In this document: piece after piece, positions 32,396 through 44,061 of the stretch | Numbering within the stretch: the first letter of the stretch is position 1 | Layout of the letters: every line of letters starts with the position of its first letter | Source: Nitrospirota bacterium | Lineage (GTDB): Bacteria; Nitrospirota; JACRHJ01 | DNA length: 64,000 bases | Assembly (NCBI GenBank): GCA_963845245.1 | Contig: CAWJRJ010000020.1 | Span: forward strand, 133,314 to 197,313 | Direction: 5' to 3' | The notes under the pieces: generated by a model | What the model saw: only the letters and a program-made list of their open reading frames with translations | Database searches by the model: none | What the model was told of the DNA's origin: nothing | Made by a program: the position numbers and the translations under genes

Positions 32396-33018
32396 AGCTT
32401 CCTCTCGATGAGTATCTCAACCGACTCGGATGCCGTAGCTTCCATTTCGGTGACCATCCTGTTCACGCGATGAGTGAAGTAGTTAAACGCGATAACCGCG
32501 GGTACGGCCACAAACAGGCCGGCCGCCGTCGCAACGAGAGCTTCGGCGATGCCGTTTGCCACTACCGCCGGGCCGCCGCCGGCTGACATCGAGAGGTCAT
32601 GGAACGCGCGTATGATGCCGAGTACGGTACCGAAGAGCCCCACGAATGGCGTAACGCTTCCAGTGGTGCCTATGATGCCAAGGTTCCTCTCAAGGTGGAG
32701 GGTCTCCTTCATGGCCGCCTTCTCCATAGATTCGCCCATGGCCTCTTCGCCGTGGTGGAAGGAGGCAAGACCTGCCTTGACGATGTAGGCGATGGAAGCT
32801 CCGGAGTTTTCACAGAGCGTTATGGCCTCGGAGACGTTGCCCGTCTTCAATACCTTTTTCAGGTTTGCAAGAAACTCCTGCTTCCCCTTCTCTGCCTTGT
32901 AAAAAACCCAGCCCCTCTCAAGCATGACGGACACAGAGAGTATCGAAAAACCCGCCAGCACGATCATGGTCCAGCCGCCTTTTGTCAGCAACTGGAAGAA
33001 CGACAGGTCCTGAAACAT
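32392..33018 (-). CDS. exbB: MotA/TolQ/ExbB proton channel protein
   Basis: PFVGLFGTVLGI, GIAEALVATAAGL motifs. Confidence 0.88.
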   Translation of the reverse strand: MFQDLSFFQLLTKGGWTMIVLAGFSILSVSVMLERGWVFYKAEKGKQEFLANLKKVLKTGNVSEAITLCENSGASIAYIVKAGLASFHHGEEAMGESMEKAAMKETLHLERNLGIIGTTGSVTPFVGLFGTVLGIIRAFHDLSMSAGGGPAVVANGIAEALVATAAGLFVAVPAVIAFNYFTHRVNRMVTEMEATASESVEILIERKL

Positions 33019-33044
33019 CCTTTATCCTCCGTTTATTTATGTTG

Positions 33045-33311
33045 TTATTTCGAGTTTTTTGCGACAAACTCGGCAAGTGCATTGATTGAAGCAAATGCCT
33101 CCCTGCCGACAGCCTCATCAGGTACTTGAACACCAAACTCCTGCTCAAGACCTACTACAAGTTCAAGTGCGTCGATCGAATCAAGACCAAGTCCTTCGCC
33201 GAAAAGTGCGGTAGATTCATCGATGCCGGCCGGGTCTACCTGGAGTTTGAGCCTGTCCACAAGCAGCTTTTTCAGCCTTTCTTTTATCTCGCTTATTTCA
33301 ACTTCCTGCAT
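33045..33311 (-). CDS. Acyl carrier protein (non-FAS type)
   Basis: LFGEGLGLDSIDALELV motif. Confidence 0.88.
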   Translation of the reverse strand: MQEVEISEIKERLKKLLVDRLKLQVDPAGIDESTALFGEGLGLDSIDALELVVGLEQEFGVQVPDEAVGREAFASINALAEFVAKNSK

Positions 33312-33422
33312 TTATTATAAACCTCCCGAATACCTGCCCACCATCTAATTCGAATTAGTATTTTATCCGTCAAGTCCGCTATTTGTCAAGGAGAATCCTG
33401 AAAACGTATGGCGGTAGCCGGT

Positions 33423-34100
33423 TCATGGGTTAAACCAGAAAAAACTCCTGAGAAACAGTATGCAGATCCGGTAGGTATCCCTAACGGCCCTGAAATGGCT
33501 TCTACTCAGGATCTGCTCATCATAGATGGCCTTGACCGGCACATTGGCAATTTTGAAGCCTCGCCTCCCTGCCCGGATAAGAAGTTCGCTTTCAGTCTCG
33601 AACCCGCTGCTCGCATACTTCATGCCTTTAAGTACCCGGGCCGTGTAAAGCCGGAACCCGGACTGCGAGTCCTCAAGCGTGTTGCGTGACATCCATGAGA
33701 AGCATTTTACGCCTACCATGTTGGTGTAATACCTGACGGGCGGGATTTTATCCCGGTCCTTAAGTCGGCAACCTACGATTATGCCCGCGCCGCCTTTTGA
33801 GACTTCTATAAGTTTGGGGATCTCGGACGGGTCGTGCTGCGTGTCGGCGTCAAGCGTAACAACCGCATCGTAATCCTCAATCAAAGCATATTCAAAACCC
33901 GTCTTTAGAGCAGCGCCCTTTCCCAGGTTTCTCCCGTGTGATATTACTTCGGCCCCTGCCTTCCTGGCCGCTGCTGCCGTGCCGTCAGTGCTCCCGTCGT
34001 CCACGACCACCACACGCTCAAGATATCTCAAGGTCCCGGTTACGACCTGACCGACAGTATCCTCTGCATCCAGGGCGGGTATCAACCCCATTAACTTCAA
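33423..34100 (-). CDS. Glycosyltransferase family 2 (DPM synthase-like)
   Basis: VVDDGSTD, GKGAAL, DADTQH, DSQSGFR motifs. Confidence 0.9.
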   Translation of the reverse strand: MKLMGLIPALDAEDTVGQVVTGTLRYLERVVVVDDGSTDGTAAAARKAGAEVISHGRNLGKGAALKTGFEYALIEDYDAVVTLDADTQHDPSEIPKLIEVSKGGAGIIVGCRLKDRDKIPPVRYYTNMVGVKCFSWMSRNTLEDSQSGFRLYTARVLKGMKYASSGFETESELLIRAGRRGFKIANVPVKAIYDEQILSRSHFRAVRDTYRICILFLRSFFWFNP

Positions 34101-34759
34101 GGCAATACTTCCTCCAGGTGCCGGATAACCTCATTCAGCACTTCATCCCTGTTGTCCCTCGTAAGCCTTATCAGATGTACGCCGGTTTTGTGCTTTATCT
34201 CTTCAACGAAAGGCGCGCCATCAGTCGCAATAGTAGCTACAACCTGATTCTCGCTGTTCAGGGCAATATCGACCATGTCGCGGAAGCGTCCGCTGAAAAG
34301 CTCCATCTTCCCTATCTCGTCTATCACGACCAGATTGTTTTCCCTGAGCGCCCTTTCAACGGACTTCACACCGATCTTTTCCAGGTCTTCGATATTGACG
34401 GTATACTTGCCGACCTTCATCCCGCCCGCGATGTCCACATGGGCCAGCAGCCCCTCCTGCTTGTCTAATGTGATTATCCTGAAACCAGCCCTCTCGCCGT
34501 GCTCCTTGATCTCTCGTGTCAGGAAACCACCCATCTTCCTGTCTTTAAGGCGCGTGATGAGCCTCTCTACCAGCGTGGTCTTCCCCGACCCAGGCTCACC
34601 CTCGATCAATACCTTTATGCCCTTCTTCCCAGGATAGTCCTTGACACTTACGTCCAAAGAGAACTCAGGGCAGTTTGACGGGTTAGATATGCTGAACTGT
34701 TTCTTGCAGTGTTCCCGCCATGCGCAGATAACGCACGAAGGCTTTATGCCGCTGGACAT
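34097..34759 (-). CDS. THEP1-type NTPase with N-terminal Cys4 motif
   Basis: GEPGSGKTT, IDEIGKME; N-terminal CVICAWREHC...CPEF. Confidence 0.85.
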   Translation of the reverse strand: MSSGIKPSCVICAWREHCKKQFSISNPSNCPEFSLDVSVKDYPGKKGIKVLIEGEPGSGKTTLVERLITRLKDRKMGGFLTREIKEHGERAGFRIITLDKQEGLLAHVDIAGGMKVGKYTVNIEDLEKIGVKSVERALRENNLVVIDEIGKMELFSGRFRDMVDIALNSENQVVATIATDGAPFVEEIKHKTGVHLIRLTRDNRDEVLNEVIRHLEEVLP

Positions 34760-35583
34760 GATGAACTCCTTCTCAGATACCAGCCGATGACCTCTCTAAG
34801 GTTTGATTCGAGGCTGTCCTTGCTGTTTATGATGAATATCCTGCCACCTATATGAAAGAGTTCGTCATTGAACCTTTCCACAGCCATCCCGCCGAGCGGC
34901 GTCTCTGGGAGGACCTGCTCGAAGAGATATACAATTTTATCCTTCATCCTAAGCTCTGTGTCTATTATAAAAAGGGAGAGGGAAGGCGACAGTTCGAGTG
35001 TACGTTCGAGGTATGCCTTTATCTCCCTGTCGTAAATCTGCTTTGGGGGCGAAGACTTTATCTCCGCATAGACAAGCCTGCCTTCGATAAGCCCGAGCAG
35101 GTCGTAATCGCCTCCGGACTTCACATTCCTGAACCTTGCGCCCCATATCACGTCGATCATGTACTCGCGCCTTAAAAGCTCGGCAATGAACCATTCAAGC
35201 GTCGGCCCGAAGCTTTTGATGTGTCGTCTCTTCAGGGCATAAAGGCCGGAAGGCAGGGACTCGATGATACCGGATTTTAACAGAAAGTCCAGGTAACCTT
35301 CAACAACGGTGAGCGTGGAATACCTGACTAGTTGCTCAGGAGTGAAACCCTCCTGTAACTTAAGGACGTCCCTGAGAAACAGACGGAACGAGTACTTCTT
35401 CATATACTCGTAGAATCCTTCGGGGTCCCGCTCAGGGACTATCAGGTCAGGGTCGGATTCCTTCTTCCACAAGAGGTATCCGCGCCTTTTAAGGGCATCT
35501 TCAAGGGAGCCTGCCCGCTCGGACAAAAGCCTCCGTAGCCTTTCGACCTCCTCCTCCAGATATCTTACGCGATCGTTATCCAC
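34744..35583 (-). CDS. Hypothetical protein with probable PD-(D/E)XK-like domain
   Basis: LEWFI..GGDYDLL..YAEIKS; GTG start at 35583 assumed. Confidence 0.6.
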   Translation of the reverse strand: MDNDRVRYLEEEVERLRRLLSERAGSLEDALKRRGYLLWKKESDPDLIVPERDPEGFYEYMKKYSFRLFLRDVLKLQEGFTPEQLVRYSTLTVVEGYLDFLLKSGIIESLPSGLYALKRRHIKSFGPTLEWFIAELLRREYMIDVIWGARFRNVKSGGDYDLLGLIEGRLVYAEIKSSPPKQIYDREIKAYLERTLELSPSLSLFIIDTELRMKDKIVYLFEQVLPETPLGGMAVERFNDELFHIGGRIFIINSKDSLESNLREVIGWYLRRSSSCPAA

Positions 35584-35593
35584 CGCTTCAACC

Positions 35594-35800
35594 TCAAGAA
35601 AGCTTCTGACCGCGACTCCTGATAAAAAAGTCAATGGAGCGGTCGTAGGTCTTTTCTGCATCGGGCGAAAAAAAACATCCGGGGAGCTCATCGCTCTTTT
35701 TATGATAGGTGATGCACTCGCAACAGAGCCCCTTCCTGGAGCATGGCTCGTAAGTGCAGGTGCATTTCTTCTTATTCTTTTCAATGCCGCATTGAGGCAT
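35594..35800 (-). CDS. Small Cys-rich protein (DUF6485-like)
   Basis: [32 protein letters not shown]. Confidence 0.75.
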   Translation of the reverse strand: MPQCGIEKNKKKCTCTYEPCSRKGLCCECITYHKKSDELPGCFFSPDAEKTYDRSIDFFIRSRGQKLS

Positions 35801-35811
35801 GTTTCCCTCCT

Positions 35812-36201
35812 CTACCGTACCCTAACGTATACCTGTCTATTTCTGGGGCCGTCGAACTCGCAGAAATATATCCCCTGCCATGTCCCAAGGACAAGCCTGC
35901 CGGCCTGCACAAAGACCGTCATGGAAACGCCGAACAGCGAAGACTTTATGTGGCCGTCCGAGTTTCCCTCTCCGTGCCTGAAGCCGCCATCTTCCGGGAC
36001 GACTTTTGACATATGGGTTGTAATATCCTTTATTACATGCGGGTCGGCATTTTCGTTAATCGTTATCGCCGCGGTGGTGTGCGGGACGAAGAGGTGGCAT
36101 ATCCCGTCCTCGACTTTTGCTTCCATAACCGCCTTGCTTACCTGGTCGGTTATGTCGATCATCTCCACCCTGCTCCTTGTGATGACATATATTTTTTTCA
36201 T
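35812..36201 (-). CDS. yjbQ: YjbQ/UPF0047 secondary thiamine-phosphate synthase-like protein
   Basis: [30 protein letters not shown] motifs. Confidence 0.9.
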   Translation of the reverse strand: MKKIYVITRSRVEMIDITDQVSKAVMEAKVEDGICHLFVPHTTAAITINENADPHVIKDITTHMSKVVPEDGGFRHGEGNSDGHIKSSLFGVSMTVFVQAGRLVLGTWQGIYFCEFDGPRNRQVYVRVR

Positions 36202-37313
36202 TTTGTTACCTGTACGAACTTTCCGTCCTTGACCGACCATACTACATAACGGGCATTACTGTTGTCGCCCTTGGTAGTGAACTCGACCTTCCCCAGAGGG
36301 CCGTCGAAGCTGTTTTTGTGTAAATACGCGGCAATCGTCTTGCCGTCCGTCGAGCCTGTATCGTTTATGGCCTTCATCATTATATCGGTGGCGACATAGG
36401 CGTATATCGAATAAGGTCCAGGTTCACCGTACTTCTTGGTGTACTCCTCGATGAACCCTTTCGCGCTCTCTATGCTGGCCGGGTCGGGGGAGAACGTCAT
36501 GTAAAAACCCTCGGCGCTCGGCCCGGCAATCTCGACAAGCTTCTGGTCCATGGCGCCGTCCCCGCCGAGGAATATGGCATCAAGCCCTATCTCCCTGGCC
36601 TGCTTCACCAGCAACCCGGCCTCGGGGTACATGCCGCCGAAGTATATGACGTCGGGGTTGACGCTCTTCACGCTGGTGAGAACACTCTTGAAGTCCTTGT
36701 CGCCCTGTATGATGCTGCCGTCGTATACGACCTTTACCTTGTCACCGATGTTCTTCTTGAACACTTCGGTTATGCCCTGGCCGTAAGTGGTCTTGTCGTT
36801 TATCACCGCAACCTTCGTCTTCTTCAGTACGCCTGTTACAAAGTCAGCTCCGACCTTGCCCTGCTGGTCGTCCCTGCCGCATACCCTGAAAACGTTCCAG
36901 TATCCCTGTTCGGTAAAGAGAGGGTTGGTTGTTGACGGCGTTATCTGGACGATGCCTGCGTCCTGGTAGACCCTCGAAGCCGGTATCGAGCAGCTGGAAT
37001 TGAAATGCCCCACAACTCCGGCGATGCCCTCGTTCACAAGCTTGTTCGCCACGGACACGGCCTGCTTGGGGTCGTGCTGGTCGTCCTCAAGGACAAGCTC
37101 CACCTTCTTCCCCGCGACCCCGCCCTTTGCCATCCAGTGCTCGACAGCAAGGCTTGCGCCGTTTTTGTAATCCACACCGTACTTGCTCTGGTCGCCTGTC
37201 ATAGGTCCGGCTATGCCGATTTTTATTGTATCTCCGCCCTTCTTTGAACAGCCAACCGAAAGCATTGCAGGGAACAACGTAATAATAGAAAAGAATACGA
37301 GATATTTCTTCAT
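36198..37313 (-). CDS. Branched-chain amino acid ABC substrate-binding lipoprotein
   Basis: Lipobox, GPMTG, GHFNSS, RDDQQG, DKTTYGQG motifs. Confidence 0.9.
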   Translation of the reverse strand: MKKYLVFFSIITLFPAMLSVGCSKKGGDTIKIGIAGPMTGDQSKYGVDYKNGASLAVEHWMAKGGVAGKKVELVLEDDQHDPKQAVSVANKLVNEGIAGVVGHFNSSCSIPASRVYQDAGIVQITPSTTNPLFTEQGYWNVFRVCGRDDQQGKVGADFVTGVLKKTKVAVINDKTTYGQGITEVFKKNIGDKVKVVYDGSIIQGDKDFKSVLTSVKSVNPDVIYFGGMYPEAGLLVKQAREIGLDAIFLGGDGAMDQKLVEIAGPSAEGFYMTFSPDPASIESAKGFIEEYTKKYGEPGPYSIYAYVATDIMMKAINDTGSTDGKTIAAYLHKNSFDGPLGKVEFTTKGDNSNARYVVWSVKDGKFVQVTK

Positions 37314-37324
37314 ACTAACCTCCC

Positions 37325-37958
<634 letters not shown>

Positions 37959-37966
37959 CAAGGTTA

Positions 37967-39302
37967 TTAAAAGTCGAAATTTTCAAGGTAGCTGGTATTG
38001 TAAATACCGGACCTGAAGGTGGGGTCCATGAATATCTTACGGTGCAACGGGATTGTAGTCTTGATGCCTTCCACGATATATTCGTCCAATGCCCTAGACA
38101 TCCTGGCGATCGCCTCGTCGCGGTCTTTCCCGTGGACGATGAGTTTTGCGACCATGGAATCGTAATTCGGAGGAACGCGGTAGTTTGCATATACGGCGGT
38201 GTCGACGCGCACCCCAGGGCCGCCAGGCGCGTTGTAGGACGTAATGAGTCCCGGGCATGGAGTGAACTTCTGCGGGTCTTCCGCGTTGATCCTGCACTCG
38301 AAGCTGTGCCCGTTGATGTGTATGTCGTCCTGCTTGAATTTAAGCGGCATGCCTGCCGCTATCTTTATCTGCTCTTTTATCAGGTCGATGCCAGTAACCA
38401 TCTCGGTTACGGGGTGTTCCACCTGTATGCGTGTGTTCATCTCCATGAAGAAGAAATTGTCGCCCGATACAATGAACTCGATAGTGCCCGCGTTCTTATA
38501 CTTTACGTATTTTGCCGCCGCTATGGCCACCTCGCCCATCTTCCTCCTCATCCTGGGAGTTATGGCCGGGGAAGGCGCTTCTTCGATGAGTTTCTGGTGA
38601 CGCCTCTGGACAGAGCAGTCCCTCTCGCCCAGATGTACGACGTTCCCCCTCTCGTCGGCAAGTATCTGCATCTCGACATGCCTGCGGCTCGGTGATGAAC
38701 TTCTCAAGGTAGACCTCAGCGTTACCGAAAGATGACATCGCCTCGGCCTGGGCCATCAGGAAGGAGTTTATAAGGCTGCCTGCGGAATGCACGACGCGCA
38801 TGCCGCGCCCGCCTCCGCCCGCGGAGGCTTTTATGATAACCGGGTAGCCGATCTTTTGTGCGAGGCCAAGTATCTCGTCCTCGCTTGTGATTATCCCTTT
38901 ACTTCCGGGGATGACCGGCACTCCGGCCTTGACCATCGTCTCCTTGGCCTTGGCCTTGTCGCCCATGAGTTTCATGTTCTCAGGGCTTGGGCCGATAAAC
39001 TTGATCCCTGCGGTCTCGCACATCTCGGCGAAGTTCGCATTCTCGGCGAGGAAGCCGTACCCGGGGTGGATCGCCTCGGAATCGGTTATCTCGGCAGCGG
39101 ACAATATCGCAGGAATGTTGCGGTAGCTATAGGTAGAGTCGGCAGGACCAATGCAGATAGACTCGTCCGCAAAACGCACGTGAAGCGAATCCGCATCGAC
39201 CGTGGAATGCACACTTACGGTTTTTATCCCCAGTTCCTTGCAGGCACGAATTATCCTGAGCGCGATCTCGCCGCGGTTTGCAATAAGTATTTTTTTGAAC
39301 AA
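37967..39302 (-). CDS. accC: Acetyl-CoA carboxylase biotin carboxylase; frameshift at ~38690
   Basis: [28 protein letters not shown] motifs. Confidence 0.95.
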
Positions 39303-39349
39303 AATTACCTCGGTATTAAGACGAGCACCCCACTGTCGGTAAGGCGCTC

Positions 39350-39827
39350 CTACATCGGCTCGATATGGAAAAGCGGCTCTCCATATTCGACCGGCTGGGC
39401 GTTATCAACCAATATCTCGACGACCTTCCCGCTGACCTCCGCCTCTATCTCGTTCATGAGCTTCATGGCTTCTATGATGCAGAGTATCTGTCCTTTTTTT
39501 ACCACATCGCCGACCTCGACATAGACGGCCGTCTCAGGTGAAGGGGAACGGTAAAAGGTGCCTACAATCGGAGACGTCACGACCACGAAATTTTTCTGCC
39601 CATTTTCCTTGGAAGCATCGGCTTGCGGATGGAAGCTGCGGCACAGGCGCAGGAAGCGACGAAGGCTCATGAGACATGGCCGGTGTCACGTGTTCCACTA
39701 GCACGGGCACCCTGCCCTGTGCGCCCTTCTTGATTTTTATCCGCGTGCCGGCCTTCTCAAGCTCAAGCTCGGTAACATCTGTGTCCTTAAGGACCTCTAT
39801 GAGTTCCTTTATCTCTTTCAGGTTCAT
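39350..39827 (-). CDS. accB: Biotin carboxyl carrier protein; frameshift
   Basis: [17 protein letters not shown] motifs. Confidence 0.93.
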
Positions 39828-39860
39828 TATCTGCTCCTTGTTGGCTGATTTCCGGGCAGA

Positions 39861-40422
39861 CTACTTCACCCTCTCCAGGTATTCACCGGTCCTCGTATCC
39901 ACTTTAATGACCTCGCCCTCCTCAAGGTAGAGCGGGACCTTTACGACGGCGCCCGTCTCAAGGGTTGCGGGCTTCTGGCCGCCTGATGCAGTGTCGCCCT
40001 TTACACCGGGGTCTGTCTGGACAACCTTAAGCTCGACGAACATCGGGACCTCGACACCTATCGGGTTCCCGTTGTGGTACAGGACCTTTAGCACCATGTT
40101 CTCCAAGCAGCCAGTTTTTGCCGTCTCCAAGCTGTTTTTCCGAAAGGGAGGACTGCTCATACGTCTCGTTGTCCATGAAGAAGTATTCGTCGCCGCTGTT
40201 ATACAGGTACTGCATGTTCTTCTCTTCAAGGTTTGGCGTCTCGACCTTCTCACCGGAACGGTAGGTGCGGTCAATCACGTTCCCGCTCCTGAGGCTTTTT
40301 AATTTGGTGCGGACGAACGCCCCACCCTTGCCGGGCTTAACGTGCTGAAACTCGATTATGATAAACGGCTCACCATCTATCTCAAGCTTTGAACCGTTTC
40401 TGAAATCTGCAGTGGAAATCAC
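39861..40422 (-). CDS. efp: Elongation factor P; frameshift at ~40110
   Basis: [19 protein letters not shown] motifs. Confidence 0.95.
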
Positions 40423-40482
40423 TTTAAACTACCTCCCCATCAATTTCAATTTAGCCCGGTCAACGGCCGGGCCTTTCACAAG

Positions 40483-41562
40483 TTAAAAATTAATCGCCCT
40501 TGAAAGCGACGTCATCACCTCGCAACCATCATCGGTCACAAGCACCATATCCTCTATCCTGTACCCGCCCCACCCAGGTATGTATATCCCCGGCTCTATC
40601 GTGAAGACCATGCCCGGCTGTACGGTGTCCTCACTCAGATACGATACCGAAGGCCCCTCGTGCACCTCCAGTCCGACACCATGCCCCAGCCCATGGCCGA
40701 AATAATCGCCGTAGCCCTTTGATGCATATGTAGCCGCGCGCAGCCAGGTCCACTTCCTTGCACGGCACACCGGGCCTTACTGCCTCTATCGCCCTTCGCT
40801 GGGCCTCTGCTACAATATCATATATCTCGGTTTGTTTTCTGTCGGGCTTGCCGAGGACACCGCTCCTGGTGAGGTCGGACTGATAGCCGTAAGCTTCCCC
40901 GCCAAAGTCTATTATCACGGTATCGCCTTCATTCATCACCTTGTCCGAGGCTATCCCGTGCGGCAGGGCTGCCCTGTATCCGGATGCGACTATTATATCG
41001 AAGGGTAGCTTCCTTGCACCCGCCGCCCTTATGTTGAACTCAAGCCCTATTGCAGTATCTTTTTCGGCCATCCCGGGCGCTACCCTCGATGCATTTTCCA
41101 GGAAGCCGTTCTCTGCCCTCTTTATCGCCTCGGCTATAGACTTGACTTCCTGCTCGTCTTTTATCACCCTGAGCCGCTCGACCGCGTCCCTGGATGCAAG
41201 GAGCTCTACGCCTTCAAGCCCTTTGGAGAGGGCTTCGTGCGTCTCGACCGAAACGTGCCTCCCCTCGAACATGAGTTTCCTTATACCCGCGTCACGCACC
41301 AGCGAGGCAATCTCCTGGGTCCACCTGCCGCTTCTGAATGACGACCTCGTAGCCAGACACTTCATCCGCGCTCTGGGTCTCGTACCTGGAGTCCGTCATG
41401 AACCATGCCCTGCCGGGGGTGGCCAGCACAAACCCGGACGAGCCAGAGAACCCGGTGAGATATGATACGTTGGAGAGGTTTGTTATCAAGTACCGCATCA
41501 GCCCCCGCCTCTGCGACTCTAGCCATAAGGCGGTCCAGCCTGTTGTGTCTCTGGTCGGCCAT
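40483..41562 (-). CDS. Xaa-Pro aminopeptidase (M24); three frameshifts
   Basis: [36 protein letters not shown] motifs. Confidence 0.9.
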
Positions 41563-41564
41563 AA

Positions 41565-42009
41565 TTATTCCTCTGCACCGGCAAGCTTCAAAGCGGCCCT
41601 CAGCCCCAGGAGGTAGCTATCCGCGCCGAAGCCCGCAATCTGGCCTGCCGCAACACTCGATATGTATGAATGGTGGCGGAATTCCTCCCTTTTGTAAATA
41701 TTCGAGAGATGTACTTCCACAACCGGTATACCGACCGCGGCAATGGCATCACGTATCGCAATACTGGTATGCGTGTAGGCACCAGGGTTTATTATTATCG
41801 CCCCGTACTTGCCGGCAGCCTTCTGTATGATGTCTACTATCGCGCCTTCATGGTTAGACTGCTCAATCGTCAGTACCGCCCCAGCACTGCGACGCGGCAT
41901 CATTCAACTTCTGGTCGATCTCGTCAAGGGTGAGGGACCCATAAACATCGGGTTCTCTTGTCCCCAGCATGTTCAGGTTAGGTCCGTGGATGACGAGCAG
42001 CTTTTTCAA
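41565..42009 (-). CDS. aroQ: Type II 3-dehydroquinate dehydratase; frameshift
   Basis: [32 protein letters not shown] motifs. Confidence 0.92.
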
Positions 42010-42127
42010 TTGGAGCCTCCCGGTACATATTAATTGTTAGGGCGTAGAATTTAGCACGAAAACCCTTTAAAAACAACAAAAAACCGCCTGATGGCAGTTT
42101 TTCGGCGGAATTGAGGCATAATGACTT

Positions 42128-42484
42128 CTAAAATTCTTTTTCAAGTCTCATTGCAGCAATCTTGGCCTTGAAGCGGCCTTTACCGAGGCCGGCATTTGGC
42201 GAGATTAAAAGAGTCAGGAAATATTCGTCGTTTATCCTGCTTATTATCAGGTTGCTTTTGTCTGTCATTACAGCGAATTCCTTGGCCGAACCCAACTGAA
42301 GCGAAAGTGACGCCTGTTGTACTTCTTTTAATATATTGCCGTATTCGGCGCTTAAAGACTGCATGTCAGCTTCCGGCGACACAAGGTATTCGTCTACAAT
42401 AATGCCGTCCATTCCTACTACGGCCGCGCCTCTTGCACCCTTTACATCCTGGGTAATGCCTTTCAGGATCTCCGAGAAGCTCAT
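42128..42484 (-). CDS. Roadblock/LC7 domain protein
   Basis: GAAVVGMDGIIV...GKGRF pattern, 118 aa. Confidence 0.8.
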   Translation of the reverse strand: MSFSEILKGITQDVKGARGAAVVGMDGIIVDEYLVSPEADMQSLSAEYGNILKEVQQASLSLQLGSAKEFAVMTDKSNLIISRINDEYFLTLLISPNAGLGKGRFKAKIAAMRLEKEF

Positions 42485-44061
42485 CTCCCCGCCTTTTTTC
42501 TGATGTTGGTTAGGAACCGCTCAAGCCGCGCGATTGCGGCATTATCTATTTGCGCAGGCATTTTAATCGCCCTTGCCTCTTCGGTTTTTTTCTCCTCCAC
42601 AGACCCGTTAAATTCTTCATGCGTAGTATACGTATCTGGAAGGACCTCAACCCCTTGACCGAATTGCTCTTCTGGAACTTCCTCCGTCGGAACCTCCCAA
42701 ATACCCCCTGGTTCCTCGTCGAATCCGGTAAATGGCGCAGGTTCCGGTGTTGCGGCAATCTCCTTCTCCGCTTCTCCAGCAGCCTTGGAAGAACTTATAC
42801 CAGCCAGGAGATAGAGGTCTTCGAGCTTCTGCCTTACCTGGTTGTTGCCTGGGTCCTCGACGAGCAGGTTTTTATAAATGCCTATGGCCCTGTCATAAAA
42901 ACCCTGAGCAATGTATAGCTCTGCAAGGGTTTCTGTCTCGAATGGCTCCGCAGTTGTTTCGTCTGGCTTGGCTGCATGCACATGGGCTGGTTCTTCCGGC
43001 TGTTCTGGCTCGAATACATCCACGTCGAACGAAGAAATCTCTTCAGAGATTTCGTATACGCCGGCCTTGTTTCCAGAAGGGGTACCGTCGGATTCCCGGC
43101 CCCCGTCATAAGCCGCGAAGATATCCTCCAGCCCGCTTGTAGCCTTGAAGTCGACCGCATAACCGGAACCAGCAGAAGGTTCCTCGTGCACGGGTTCGGA
43201 TGACAGCTCTCCTTCCCAACCAAGATCATCTACGGGTTGAGGCTCTTCAAGAAAAGCTTCTTCAATGAACGTGTCGGCAGTTTCTGGCTCAGGTTCAGGC
43301 TCAGGTTCAAGATCAAACTCAGTCAAAAGCTCCGCTGCCCCTGTCGTGTCCATATCAAGCAAAGGCATCTCTTGAACAGCCTCTACAAACATGAATTCCG
43401 GTGCTGCTTCGGGCTCTTGAACCTCTATAGGTTCTGCCATGAATTCCGGCATATCGAGGACTTCCGGCTCTAGTGTTGGCTGGGACTCTGCCTCCGACAT
43501 GTCTAAAACAGGTGTTTCGATATATTGAGGGGTCTGTACAATTGCCTGTCCAGGCCCCTGTTGTGACTCGGCGCGGCGGGTTTCCGGTTTGGATTCCGTT
43601 TTTTCTTCCAGTTCGACTTTCACCGGGGGAACCTTGCCAGACTCGAGCTCCTCCAGTATCGACCTGATCTCTCCATCCTTTGGATTCAGTATCGATATCA
43701 TCCTGTATGAGCGGATGGCGTCGGGGTATCTCCCCAGGCTTTTATATATAGAACCCAGCATACGGTGGGCAAGCAGGTTGTCGGGAATAGCCTTTACGAC
43801 CTGCTCGAACTGGACAAGCGCTTCCTCAAGGTTGTTCTTTTCAACATACGCCTTGCCTAGAAGCACGCGGGCGCTCATGTAGAAGGGGTTGGCTTTAAGG
43901 CCGTCTTCGAGGGTCATTATGGCCTCTTCGACCATCATGGCCTTCATGTACTCCTCTGCAAGCGGCATGAAAAGTTTTGAGCTGGGGTCTCTGGCTAAAA
44001 CAGCGGAAAGGCGGGAAATCTCCGGTGAAAGCCCTGATTCCTTGTCTTTTTCTGGAGGCAT
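42481..44061 (-). CDS. TPR protein with long acidic linker
   Basis: N-terminal TPRs (FMPLAEEY), TETLAELYIAQG motif, C-terminal LERFL. Confidence 0.75.
   Translation of the reverse strand: MPPEKDKESGLSPEISRLSAVLARDPSSKLFMPLAEEYMKAMMVEEAIMTLEDGLKANPFYMSARVLLGKAYVEKNNLEEALVQFEQVVKAIPDNLLAHRMLGSIYKSLGRYPDAIRSYRMISILNPKDGEIRSILEELESGKVPPVKVELEEKTESKPETRRAESQQGPGQAIVQTPQYIETPVLDMSEAESQPTLEPEVLDMPEFMAEPIEVQEPEAAPEFMFVEAVQEMPLLDMDTTGAAELLTEFDLEPEPEPEPETADTFIEEAFLEEPQPVDDLGWEGELSSEPVHEEPSAGSGYAVDFKATSGLEDIFAAYDGGRESDGTPSGNKAGVYEISEEISSFDVDVFEPEQPEEPAHVHAAKPDETTAEPFETETLAELYIAQGFYDRAIGIYKNLLVEDPGNNQVRQKLEDLYLLAGISSSKAAGEAEKEIAATPEPAPFTGFDEEPGGIWEVPTEEVPEEQFGQGVEVLPDTYTTHEEFNGSVEEKKTEEARAIKMPAQIDNAAIARLERFLTNIRKKAGR

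Noticed and set aside
35583..35784. N-terminal extension of the 346-aa ORF
   Set aside because: Overlaps the Cys-rich DUF6485-like gene in another frame; GTG at 35583 is the more plausible start
43283..43312. Short (TCAGGY)n tandem repeat
   Set aside because: Encodes an EPEPEP low-complexity linker in the TPR protein
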